64,000 nucleotides of DNA. Origin: Tubulanus polymorphus (taxonomy: Eukaryota > Animalia > Nemertea). Position numbers and translations under genes: made by a program. Below, one piece after another: positions 47,976 to 61,900 of this stretch; within the stretch, counting starts at the first letter, position 1; every line of letters begins with the position of its first letter. The DNA is taken from positions 21,970,210-22,034,209 of the forward strand of contig NC_134030.1 in assembly GCF_964204645.1 (NCBI RefSeq), written 5' to 3'. A model generated the notes under the pieces. The model had not been told where the DNA came from and did no database searches. It worked only from the letters and a program-made list of their open reading frames with translations.

Positions 47976-49771
47976 GAAGTATTATCATTGAAAAATTGTG
48001 ATAAGTTTTATTTCATTTGAAAAAGTTTTGTAAAAACGTGACATTTTATGAAACCATTGATGCGGTTTATAAGATCAGCTACTTGCGGACTCCTGGTAAA
48101 ACTTTGTGCCGTGTTTTTTGCAAGAAATTTTATTCGCTTAAATAAAAGAATTTATCTTTAAAAATAAAGTCATTGTTTTCTTTTCTATCAACTCAACTGC
48201 AGCCTGAGTAGAACCGGCCCCGGGTCGGATGAGGTTGACGCTTGGTCATGTCCAGTCTTACCAATAGCTTCCCGTTAACCCCAACTCTAGCCGAATAGGA
48301 CTCGAACCTAAAATCTTCAGCGTGCCAGCCGAGCACGCTAACCACTAGACCATACACCAGTAGTTTGTAAGTGCGTGTCTGGTCAGGTGTGGTGAACATT
48401 TATCCGTGGTGACTATCAGTCGGGTGTGTGGTGACTGGTGACCATTCAGGTGCGGTGACTGTCGAGTCAGATGTGGAGACACTATTCACTAACAGTGCCC
48501 GCTCTATCATTCTGTGTTACAGTTACAGCAGTTTCAATGCAATTGTCAGCAATTTCTAAGGAAGTCGTTTTGTCCAGCAGCTCCTAAAAGTTGCCTCTTT
48601 TTCCATAGATGAAGTAGTCAAAATTACACCTTGTATCCATCTCTGAGACTTCTGCCTTCCCGACATCGTGAATGTATTTTGCAATCTCTCGGAATTGATA
48701 TCTTTTATTGTATTTCATTAAGATTTTCTAATTGATATCTAAAAGTTTGATAATTTTTGATTTTTCAGTTTCTAAAAATGTATACCTTATTTTGAGTGGA
48801 ATGGATTGATTTTAGTAGAGACCCGCAGTTTATGGAGCGTAGATGGATTATAAAAGTAATAGTTCATTGACTCCATCCATCCAATAGGTGTAACATGCGA
48901 TACATTGTTAAACCATTCTTGTCGTACGTGGCGTTGACCTCTTTTACCCGACTGGTATTTCTTCACACCTAAAGGTGCTCGCGCATGTCTCCCGTTATAT
49001 CAAACGAGCACCTATACCTCTTGTGAAATAGTCATGAAATTCAACGAAAAGCTTAAGATGTAACTGATTAAAGGTGAGTTTGTTGAAGTATTTAACTCCA
49101 CTCCAGTCGGATCTGTTCAACTCGGAGATAACCGTTCAACTCAGAGATAACCGTTCAACTCGGAGATAACCGATCAACTCGGAGATAACCGATCAACTCG
49201 GAGATAACCGTTCAACTCAGAGATAACCGTTCAACTCGGGGATAACCGTTCAACTCGGATGTTGAAATATGTTTTTGCGGCATTATTTAAGAAATACATA
49301 TCATTCAACTCGGATATCCCTCATCAAGTCGGACACGTTTTTTTGCGGTTCCAAAAGATCCGACTTGAGCGGAGTCTACTGTATTCAAGAATAAGAGTCA
49401 AACTCATACAGGCCTATATGCCACAATTTCATCTTTCAATTTTCTGACCAAAATTCTAAAATTCTAGTGAAACTTTTGACGATTTTAAAACATTTTCTGA
49501 AAGCGGTGAAAATTCTGCATTTTGTACAAAAAAATTTAGAAAGCAGTCACTATTTAATGTGCCCCTTGACTTTGGACCCCGGGGCTGATATTAAGGTCAT
49601 ACAATTATTGAAGGACGACCAGTGATTTAAACACCTTTCGCTTCCTGCTCAACGCTCGAATATATTGAATGTATCACCGGCGCTGATCATCAAAATCTTA
49701 TCTTTAACTTCCTCAATTATCAGACCAAGTGGAACTCGATTATTTTCCTTTATTCTGTACTCTGTATCACA

Positions 49772-52700
49772 ATGATGAACACACGTTCGTTCTTGATAAT
49801 ATACACGATTTTATTACAACTTGGAAACTTAAACAGCGCAGAAACATCTGGAAATAAGACGCATAATTCAAGTAAGTCACTCGAATCAATGATAGCTTTT
49901 CTGTTGTGTCGATTTCATAGATTTCTGTCGATGATAATTCATGCACCTGAGGTATTACGCGCGTGACGTCACAGATAGTTTCACCGTCGGTGTTTGAGAC
50001 TCCCGTACATAGGTCTAGCTATACTAACAAATAGGGGATTTATCAAGGGCCTGTCATGTAAATAAATTACCAAGAATCTAAGATGTTGCAGGCCCGTATG
50101 CTGCCTTTCTTTGTTGTGGGTAGTTCTCGAGTACTGTATAGGAGGGGAGTGTTTTGTGGGGATTCCCCAAGAAAACTTTGATCACTAAAGTCGTCAGTTT
50201 GAATTCATTACGTGGCTAATTTATGTATAACTTTAAACAAACGACTGTGGAGGACGATACGTGATGGGAAATGTAGTCTAAAAATTCGGAACTAGAGATT
50301 TTGCTGGGGGGAGGGGGTCACGTGGTGGAAAAAGGACCTAAATAGATTATTCGAAGTTTGTGCGTTTTACTGTTTCATAGACTATTCATATTTATTCATT
50401 CGTTTTCAGTGATTTATCCAAAACCTGTTCCCGATGGAAAACCCGATATTAAAAGAGAAGGACAATCGATTGAATATATTTGTAAAACACGTGTTAAATA
50501 TCCTACAGTTATATTCCAACAGAAGAGAAGAGATTCAGAACAATGGGAAACAATTCCAGACGAACTGATTCGTATAACTAGAAATGTGAAACATATTACT
50601 TCTGCTTCACTAGAATTCAAAGCAGATTTCAAACTGCACAATGGAACAACATTTAGATGTCTCGTTCTTAAGGAAGGCCAAACAGATTTTGATTATCTTC
50701 AGTTTGATCTAATCGTAGTTCATCGAACTGGTAAGTAACAGTTTTAAAATGTGAACCTTCCCAGTCTGGAATCCTGCTACTAAATAAACATCGAATCTAT
50801 CAAAACGAATTAATATTGAAACACAGCGTCTCTGTTACTTTTAAATTACTTCGCAGTCGATTGCATGAATTTATAGTTTAGCAGCTACGTATCAAAAGTG
50901 CGTTTATTGTAGCGTATGACATGTACATTTTCATGCATTCTAGAATTTATAGAAATAATTCTCAATAAGACGGCCATACGACTCAGCGTGAAATTCATAT
51001 TTCTGTTTAACGGATATATAGCCGACAGTTTAATTTGTTGTAGCTTCCTCTTTCATATACCCGTCATTTGTTCATCCATCTCTAATCTCCATACAAACAT
51101 ATCTTCTTGTGTCAACTACTAATTTCAAGGTCGCTTGATGAGTTGTTGATTTTACATTATGTTTATTTGATATCTAAAAACCTGAATTTCTTCATTTAAA
51201 AAGTAAAAAATTGTCGCCCTCGTCACTTTTGGAATTGGGAATAAGGCTTTTTATTTATGTCTTTTTATTTCAAAAGGGATGTAAAAATAATAAGTATCGG
51301 CCGTTCTTGTCACTTTCCCAAAAAGGGGTCGATGAGAAACAACCATATTTATTTGCGTGGCCTTAATGCACGCGTCAGTAAACTAACCAAACACAACCCA
51401 ACCACAAACAGTCTAAGTTACTTTCTACAGGTAATTGTTTTTCTCATTTCAGATTTGAATCAAATCCCGGCGACGGAAATCAGTAAATCAGGGTCAGTAT
51501 CTATTTCACTTAGCGCACTACATAAATCATATTCTATATGTAAATCATTTCTTTGTTGTCGATGCTTTTTGTGAAATAATTATGAATTGATATCTCACTC
51601 ATCTCATTGGCTTCCGATTAACAGTTCACCTATCATTATTCATCTCAATTTTCACATTTTGCCACAAAAGGTAACAGTAAGGGCAATTGCAAAATATGTG
51701 ACCTCGATATCGCTACCACGAGCCCTGCCTTTTCACATCTGGGCCCAGTTGCACAGTCTTGGCTCAAGTCCAAAAGTAGTCTTAAATCTTAAGACTAGTC
51801 TTAATTTCTTAGATTAGCTATAGAACTAAGTTGGTCTTAGACTGGTCTTAAGTCTAAGCCATGACTTTGCAACCGGCCTCTGTTCTGCTGATTTATCTTA
51901 ATTGTAAATTTCGTCCTTTTCATTCAGAGTTCGTCTGCTTACTGCTGAAAATGTGGCCTCGAAAAACAAGGTCATTATAAATTTAAGTAATAATCAAACT
52001 AACTTGTCAAATATAGTCCCCGGATCCCAGACACAGAGTCGAATTAAACCCACTGAACTGTGAACCTTGATTTAGGATATAAAAGCGAATTGAATTTTAT
52101 GATATAAACTGAATGATTAATTGATTGATATTTGCAGCTTGTGTTGAGGTTTGATTCTATTCTGTTTGTTTCTAGTTTATACCCGCGAATTGTCATCCGG
52201 TATATTCTACATCCTTCGAGTTTTCCTTTTTTTCTTTCTCTGACCAAATCGGTTTACAGACTGGACTGGACCACAAACCTGACTGGACCATGATGATAAT
52301 CTACATCGCTTGTGGAGCTATCGGTTTCCTCCTCGTCATCGTTATCATCGTTGTCATCGTCGTTTGCAGGTTTGTACTCAATAATCTCAGGCAGATTTCA
52401 TATCTAAGATAATCCCCCTATGACGTCATATTAAAACGTGAAATAATTTGATAAATCAGTGACGTTTCCCAAAAAGATGTCTTCATTCGTAAATTTGTAT
52501 CTACCCATGCGCCGATTACTGGCTGAGTCAATCCCAAATCAGCAGGAATAATTCAATATCATGACCGAAATATCCGAAATCTAAAATCTCTTCACCGCTT
52601 AAATAACCCATGTTTCAGACGCAGGCGATTGCCGGGTGAAGGTCGTGTGGAGGTTGCGACACCGCAGGTACTCGACGTCTATGACGAGTTGTATGATGAC

Positions 52701-53129
52701 ATAGATTCTGTTACTGTGACTGACAAACTGCACACCAGCGATCAGAAAGTTACTACAGATCCGTACGTGAATATTGAGGCCGGGAACGGCAAAGACACAA
52801 CTCCGTACATGGATATGGCAGCCGCGAAGGGTAAAGACACAGCTTCATATATAGATATGGAAGCCGGGAAGGGCAAAGACACAACTCCTTATATGGATAT
52901 GGGACCCGGGATAGAAGAGGATACGTACAGGAGTACGGAAACCGGGAAGGACAAACACACAACTCCTTACACGAATACCGGAGCCGAGAAGGACAAAGAT
53001 AGACATAGTTACGTGAATACCGAAGCCGGAAAGGCGCGCCATTTGAAGAAAGATACTGATGAACCCGTGAAAGATGATGTTGAACTTTATTCTTACGCTA
53101 CTGTTCAATATACTCGCAATAGGCGTTAG
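49772..53129 (+). CDS. Gene A2: paralogue of A1
   Basis: Exons 49772-49871, 50410-50730, 51453-51492, 51928-51970, 52176-52199, 52260-52369 (TM with in-frame 9-nt insertion), 52619-53129. Same structure as A1, open frame. Confidence 0.8.
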
Positions 53130-54394
53130 AGGGCGCCATTGAGCAAACGACTACTGATTATACATATGCAAAACATAAGGCTAGAAACGATTGATTATTT
53201 TTCATAATCTGCTGAGCTCAAAAGTTGAATCAGCTGCATGCATACATTATTTCTTTCTAAAAATAACAGACCCGACAGTTTTAGTAATGAACTGACTACA
53301 TATCTTATTCTAGTTCACAAAAATGTTCGGGTCGACTAGGAGAAACAGTTAGGTATGATTCACTAGCCTAAGTTTTAAGTTTTTGATATACACGGCATTT
53401 GTAGATTAGACTAAGAAACATCAATCCACTTCAACAATCATTCAAATTCCACTTTTAGCAAAATCCACATGGAGAATGCTTCAGTTTACAGGGCAGTATA
53501 TATTTTATGATATTCAGCTTCCAATGGCCTATAGTTCGTAGACTCTTATGAGGAGTTTTAAGTGCCAAATTGACTTGTCAATCATCTTCAGGGGCGGATC
53601 CAAGTAAGGCCGAAACCGCCTCCCCTTATCTCTTTTGCCAAGAAAATATTTTCACAACATGGATAAGGAATGTAACAAATATAGTAGAAAGTCTTTGTCA
53701 TTCATTTTGTTCTTGATTTACTCTAGATGCCCCCAGAAAATGATCAATTCCTGATTCCCCTAAAAAGATATATAAAATATGGTATAAAATCCGTCAGTCT
53801 TATTCTTTTCTTGATGATTTCTTTTCTTTTTTCCTCTTTTACTACTTCGGTCAAACAAGATACATTACACGATGGTGAAAGCTTTCCTAAAATAGATGTG
53901 TTTTAAGATTTCATTTAGAAGTATCGACAGGACGAGGATTCCGGAATACTGGACGGTAAAACATTCCATATTGCTGGGACAGTGAACTTCAAAACTCTAT
54001 TGCCAAATGAACTTCTTGGAGACAGGTTTGACTAGACCTGTTTGTATCTTGAATGGAACAGAGAACCACGTGGAACATGTAAGACCCTTCAAAGTCGATA
54101 CCTTGTTTCTCATCAAATCGCGAAGCCGCCCACGTCACTCCCGAAAGCCCAAATAGAATGATAATAATAAAGTTCGAAACCCGCATCAGATTGTTTACGG
54201 TCGTTTTTTTCTTTTTAGAATAAAAAACACGTGACGCGCGCGCATGATGACGCGTTGTACGGTCGTCTTTTTATATATGTCGCTTTTTATCGATAATCAG
54301 TATTGTGTATTAGTAAGATGATATTCCTCAATCTCAGATTTCACCAAAACCTTCTTTACACTAGGATCGGGGGTCACTGTGGAAACAACTATAC

Positions 54395-54918
54395 TGCCAG
54401 GACTGGTGGGTGAACCACTACCAGGTCTAGATGAACCGCTGCTAGGACTGGGTGAACCACTGCCAGGACTGGATGAACCACTGCCAGGACTAGGTGAACC
54501 ACTGCCAGGACTGGGTGAACCACTATCAGGACTGGATGAACCACTGCCAGGACTGGATGAACCACTGCCAGGACTAGGTGAACCACTGCTAGGACTGGAT
54601 GAACCGCTGCCAGGACTGGATGAACCACTGCCAGGACTGGGTGAACCACTACCAGGACTGGATGAACCACTACCAGGACTGGAGGAACCACTACCAGGAC
54701 TGGGTGAACCACTACCAGGACTGGGTGAACCGCTGCAAGGACTGGGTGAACCGCTGCCAGGACTGGGTGAACCACTACCAGGACTGGGTGAACCACTGCC
54801 AGGACTGGGTGAACTACTACCAGGACTGGGTGAACCGCTGCCAGGACTGGGTGAACCACTACCAGGACTAGGTGAACCACTGCCAGGACTGGGTGAACCA
54901 CTACCAGGACTGGGTGAA
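54395..54918. repeat. 21-bp minisatellite (CCAGGACTGGGTGAACCACTR)n, ~25 units, open on both strands
   Basis: Reads (PGLGEPL)n on + and (SGSPSPG)n on -; present only upstream of B2. Confidence 0.95.
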
Positions 54919-55957
54919 GGTGTAGATGGGACAATGAGTCAGTCATTGACTACGCTTATCTCCTTTACCTATTTAGGTCTTTCACAAGATTGCGTCAATT
55001 TTTTTTTCAACGACGCGATTGAATTCGTAAACGACACTATCTAATTCGTTCGTATACTCCTAATGATAACCAGGGAAGTTCATTCCCGACTACCTGTGAT
55101 ATTAACCAATGCACGTAGCAAGTTGTAACGTACAAAATAGGCAGAAATCTACGTGTTTTTATAATGGCAATAATTGAAACGTATTCTAGTGAGTAAGAGA
55201 TTAAACTGGAGGGAAACGGTAAGTAAAACATCTGCGAAGATACTTATATATTTAAAATCTTAAGTAACATTTGAAAGTGAAAGTACGATTTTACAAATGT
55301 GCATTCGTATATGTTAAACTATCTCCCACCGGCAGGGATTGAAACTTGTGTCGAATCCCTGTCGAGGGGAGGAAGGTGACGGGATAGGGGTGACTGCAGC
55401 CTACTACCATTACTACTTTACACAGCGCCAATCATATTCAATAAGGTGACTTGTGTTGTTTGGGTGATGATAAAGAAGGAAAAAGATAAGAATAGTAAAA
55501 CTGGTACAATTTGCTGACCTTTAGATAGGAATGAATCAGTATATTGATAAACTTATGTCATATCAAACCTGGGCCTTTCATTAAACTATTAGAGGATGGA
55601 GCTAGAAATATCTGATTTGAAAAAAAAACGAGGGATCTGACAAGAAATAGAGTTTAGTAGCAAATTGAAGTAAGCGTAAGATTTTATAGTGGAAAGAGAA
55701 TATACTGTAGATAAAATAACAACTTTTGTGAAAAAGTGAAATCGAAAGTATTTATTTTTGTCTTGTTATTTGGGTTATTATCATATTATACATAGTTTTT
55801 TATCGGTCGCAAATTTAAAGTCGATTAAAGCGTTTCTATATAAACACATACATGAGACGTGTGAGAAGAGCGCGCAGTTTACTCTACATAACATTAGATT
55901 CCAATGATACCAAGTATCCAAACATATATTTCAAGGTGACACGTTAACGCCTTGAAG

Positions 55958-58900
55958 ATGAACAACTGGATCCGTTTGTTAATTCTACTGCTGGAAATCT
56001 CGTTCAATTCAGAAGCTGCATCGATACGAAATAAGAGAAATACTGGTGAGTTAAAATGATGAACTACTTTTAAACTGCAGCGTCCGTTTTTATAGACTGG
56101 TATTTCAGCACCTGATGGAGTTGTATTGGACAGTGTGAATGTATTACCGGGTACAAGAATATTACGTATATTGTGTATTTGATATTTCAGCACCTGATGG
56201 AGTTGTACTGGACAGTGTGAATGTATTACCGGGTACAAGAATATTACGTATATTGTATATTCGATATTTCAGCACCTGATGGAGTTGTACTGAACAGTGT
56301 CAATGTATTACCGGGTACAAATATATTACTGTCGCAGGAAGGTAAAACTGTTAGTATTACCTGTAAACAGAGCAGCTCTACAGCGACTGGTGTAGAATTC
56401 CAGCTACAAGTGTATCATGGAGGGACCTGGACTGCATTACCTACAGCATCAGCACCAGTTTGGGATATTGTACTTGACGCTGGAAACATCTATAAATGTG
56501 TGGCCACTAACTCGGCAGGAATAAAGGGAAGTCACATCTATGAATCAGATGTGATCAGTGAGTATGGTGACAATTTGAACTCTAAGAATCGGCTTGTCAC
56601 GTGATAATTTATTTCTCCTCTGCAACTGAACCTAATTTCAATATTGCTGGGATAGGCTGAAAATAAGCCATGATTATAATTTCCCACAATCAGTTCAGAA
56701 AATGGCGAATAGATCGTGACGTAATTGAATATATGTTTGATCTTCGTTTCGGCGTTAAATTCATTGTCATCTTCAGACAAATTCAAACGTTGACTCTACA
56801 AGAACTTATCGTCTTTTCTGAACTGATTGACAGATCTCTGCTACTGACTCGGATGACAATTACTAAACCAGTAGCCTTCATACATTTACTGTTCGTTGTC
56901 GGTTGTCTGACAATACATGTATTTTTGTGCCAAATTCCAACGCTCTTATTCTCTGTGGAAACAAGTCCGCATATCCTTTCATTCAGCACTTATCAAATAA
57001 TGCTGGGAAAAATAGAAGAAAAGTTTCCTGTGCACTTGGTATTTTTTTGTATATAATTTGTATTGTAGGTATAAAGATAAATGAAAACCCGTGTAAACTG
57101 CATGAATTCCAATCACTGGCTTGTACTTGTAAAGCCACTAGTAAGATCGGTAATCCAAACATCAAAGTAAAATGGTATGCTGATGGATTTGCTGAAGGTT
57201 CAACGGATATTGATGAGATCCCCGATCAAGGCGTAAATACTCCGGTGAAAGATGGAGTTATCAACAGGAATCAGATGCGGTTTAATTTAATGCTGTACGC
57301 ATTATTGATTCAATGTCGGTTATGGAAGTATAATGGGATAGAGTTGCCGAAACTAACACTTCAAGAACAAATACTACATCAAACTCCAATGAACGTTACG
57401 TGTAAGTTGTATAATATTTTCATAAGAGAATTTTCATACGATATCAGAGTGACAATAATGCATGTTACATCGTTTATTCTATTGGTAACTGCCCATAGTT
57501 GGAGATTTAAGAGTTACTATTTCATAACGACTGGTGATAATGCTTATGAAATGTTTTCAAATTCTTTCGTTTTAATATTTGGTCCCAAGAAGGTATTTCG
57601 AGTACCGAAGCGAATTGTTAATAATAACATTAAAAGGACTAGAATATGATTGTGCATGTATTTGCTTTTGAAATCGAACCTACTAGAAAACGATTTCACC
57701 TTCTATGATTAGGCTTAAGATTTTGAGCCCACATGGAAAAATTGCAGCGAAATTGGTAAAAATGTTGACATAAAAAGTTTTTTTTCTCTAACAATTGTCG
57801 TCTTCGGGTATTCTTATGGCTATATCAGGGATTTTTAGTTTGTAATATGGGACAAAGCTTCTTGAACCGGGACAATAGGATCACGCGCAACTCACCAGAA
57901 CAAAGGATTCTTTTCATGAGTGCGATAGATACGCCACCTATCGTTGATATGTATTGTTGCAAAAACAAATAAACTATATTACAATATAATTATGTCGGGA
58001 GTTACACCGTTACATTTCCGTCGATTCAAATTTCGACGCCCTTGATAAACACACATTCCGCAAGTAATATTTTACCATGTTTTATGGACGGACGTTTCTT
58101 CGATTTTGCACCGATCAGTGAAATTGAAGTGGACAAACATGATATCATCCAAAAATGTATTTGCATCTTTATCTTTCAGATTTTCCCGATGAAATTGAAA
58201 CACCAGATACTTTCACCGGAGAACCTGACATTAGAACTGAAGGAGAAGTTGTAGAATATACTTGTAGAACAGTGATAGGAAGGCCCGATCCTACAGTGAT
58301 ATACCAACAGAAGAGAAGAGGTTCTGAACAATGGGAGCCAATTCCTGATCCACAACCTCGTAAAGTACCTCGCAAAATGGGTTTAAAAGGTTTTGACACG
58401 ACGTACAAGTTCAATGCTGATTTCAAACTGCACAATGGAACGTCATTTCGATGCGCTGTAAAGGAGAACCTTACGTTTCCAGAACCTCAGCAATTTAATC
58501 AAATCATTGTTCATTGTAAGTAACAGTTTCTTTTTCGAATTCGAGAAATAAATAATTTTCCCTGCAACAATACAGACCCCAGTGGTAGTGCAGACCTATC
58601 CACACATATAGCATGTCACAATGTAACCATGCTAAGCAGGAACATGACAGAGTCTCGCGATGTCATCAGGTTCGAATCCCTGCCGAGGGAGGAACGTGGA
58701 AGAGTCTCACAATGTCATCAGGTTCGAATCCCTGCCGAGGGAGGAACATGGCAGAGTCTCACGATGTCATCAGGTTCGAATCCCTGCCGAGGGAGGAACG
58801 TGGCAGAGTCTCACGATGTCATCAGGTTCGAATCCCTACTGAGAGAAGATGGGTCTACTATGACAGGGCTTAAGAACTGTGCTAGGTCAGATATAACTTT

Positions 58901-61900
58901 TACTAATGTTTTGTTTGTTTTTCAATCAGATTTTGCTGCACCAGTTTGCAAGAAATCCAGTAAAAATAAAACAAATGCAGCGTATATTGTAACAGTAAAT
59001 AGTTACCCATTGACTCAACAAGTTACATGTGACCCTCCAGCTGTCGTTCAAAAACTATCAAACTATCAGTGGAATATAACGATACCTATCGTAAATAGTA
59101 CCACAACTGACTATAGAGGGCAGTGTTTGGCTGACGGTATTAATGAAAGGGACATTAATGTCACTGGTTATCATCACGCCGGTCCAACTGATGAACCAGG
59201 TAAGATTCCGGGTCACAACTGGGTAAAATGATTTAATTCCATTGAAACATGATAAAACTCGAGTCCATCATCTCTTAACTCGAAATCATTTCTACACAAT
59301 CAAACAATTTACTTATGAAAGTCGTTATTTTGATAAATTGTCACAAAATAACCTATTAATATATTTCATAGTCTCAATTTACTAAGTCGTACTGGAGTTG
59401 TCTCTATCATTGGGTCTCATTTTACTAGGTGTAAGTCGTCATTCATTTGAGTCGTCACAATTCGTATTCGAATCAGCCACCAGTATTTTACCTAACCTGT
59501 AACTCAATTAGATTAGTCAGTACAGCGGATGAGTCTTATGGGAAATCCGTGCGCGATGACGTAATTCTCTGTGTCGTCCGAACTGAATGTATTTTTTGTG
59601 AATATATCACATTCAAATATTTCGTTATGATTTAGCATCTTTAACTTTCTATCTTGAGGCTGCTTGACCCAATCAAGGAACAATTAATTTTCTCCCATTT
59701 CAAAAACAACTTATTTACTTCATTTAGAGACAATTTGAGCTTTGAAAGTTAAGAAGCAGTTACTTTTTGCTTGACCTATTTAATTATTCAATTCAATTGC
59801 TGTTGTTTTTATCAATAGTTACAATGGAACTATTTCTAGCTTTATATAATTCTATTCAATCGCATCACTGATTTGTTTAAATTTCAGTTCCAGAAGAAGG
59901 GACTGGGGGAATAGTGTTTGCTGTAATCAGTATACTGATATTACTGATTCTGATAATACTGTTTATACTGTGTCTTTGTGGTTGCTGTAAGTTTTACATA
60001 AAACCATCATTTAATCTGAAAAACTATGATAAACAAACTGCAGAATCAGAATACTGTGTTATTTCTCATTGACAGTGCGGTGCAGAAAACCTGATGATGA
60101 ACTGTGTAGATGTGGAAATTGTAAGTTATGTAATAATTCAAATAAAGAATGCTAGAAATTGAAAATAGTGCATAAGGCCGAATGTATTCTAGAGCCCTAA
60201 GATAACCAGATACAGTTGATCCTCAATTATCTGTCCACATTTTTAATCTCGGGACCCTAGTTGCGCAGTATCATTCAAAAAGTGTTCGTAAACTATTAAT
60301 CTGGTCTTAAGTTGTTAGTTCGGCTTCAAAACTAAAACTGTTTTCCCCTGACAAAACCGGTCTTTGCAGTGGCAGATAACTGAGAGTTCATGAGGTCTGA
60401 AATCAGTCACACTTCTAGATTATGCTTAAAATTGCATACATGGGCTTAAAGAAACAACACAATTTTGTGTGCTTGCGTTTGACAAAAGATGATGATTCAA
60501 AAAATGATTGTATTGTTTTTGTTTTTGTTTTCAGCACTGAATTTCAATAGTATAAGCCGTGAACTAATGATTTGTAATTGTCGCACCGAGGACTCGTCGG
60601 ACGATGAACTATGTGTTTGTTGTTGCTGTAAGTGTCATAGAAAAATACCATCGTAGAATCGTAGAAAGGATTATCGCAAATTAGAATAATTTGTTTGTTT
60701 GTTTTTAGTGACTTGCAAATTACCTGCTGCCGATGAACCTGATAATGAGGATGATTCCTCAGATGAACTGTGTCATTGTTGCTGCTGTGAGTTCTATATA
60801 TAAACTGATAAAGATTAATAGTCAGTAACTGTAGAATAAACGGTTGTATTATTTTCTATTTGCAGTGGTGTTGAGAAGGGAGCCGTGTACATGTAATTAC
60901 TGTAAGTTTTATTAACATTGAAAACATTGATGATTAATCCTGCAAAATTAACTGTTATCGTCATTGGATATTCACGAATTCAAGAATGTTTGGAACTTAG
61001 TAGAACAGAATGTTATCATTTCTGGGATTCAGCGCGGGTTGGGTCGTAGTTTCAGATGGCTGCAAACATGAAATGTTGCTACGACCAAACATTCACCGGT
61101 TCATTAAAAATCATTTTGATAGAAACCGCCGCCATAGGTTTTCTTAGCCTCCAGGAGAAGCTACTATGTAACATCGTTCTCTTCACAAATCCATTTTATA
61201 ATGTTTAGCATCATTCAACTTTCAATCAATTTTCTAGACACAATACGCGCATTATTCAGACCAGAATTTAGGTGTACGAGACGCATTAAAAATCTAAAGC
61301 CAGAATATGCATAACGTTTATTTATTTTCGTCTGACATCGATCACTTTCAGATCTGAATCAGTGCGGTCTAAATAAACCGTCATTTTTATATCTATTGCA
61401 CAATGCAGCATTAATCAAATTATATAATGGCTAATCAGTAGCGAATGAATTACTCGTAGATGCAGTGTCTTGGGTACAGTCTCGATACAAGTCACTGCGG
61501 GGTCACAAATCAACGTTGATAGGTTAAGATTACTTGTCGACGTAGGTTCTCCATTTTTCTCGTTGGGAAGTATCGTTACGTTGTTGGGTGACGATAGTAA
61601 TAAATTATCACATATGCCCACCGGGTATCGGTAATGAAAACTTGCGTCCGGTGCCTTGTCCCAGTTACTATTTATTGCAAACTAGTAGAAATTCCGTAAA
61701 TCCGTGATTCCGAAATAGTACCGGTTTAAACTCGAGAAAGTTACGCAGTATCATTGGTTCAATTATCTCATAGCATTAGTATCCATGACTATCTTTAGTG
61801 GGTGGCTCCAACAATATCCAAATCACACTGTTTCTTTATTGGGTTGATTTGTAAGGTGAACGTGCATCATGTAAACAAACAGTATTTCTGTTTTCTAATT

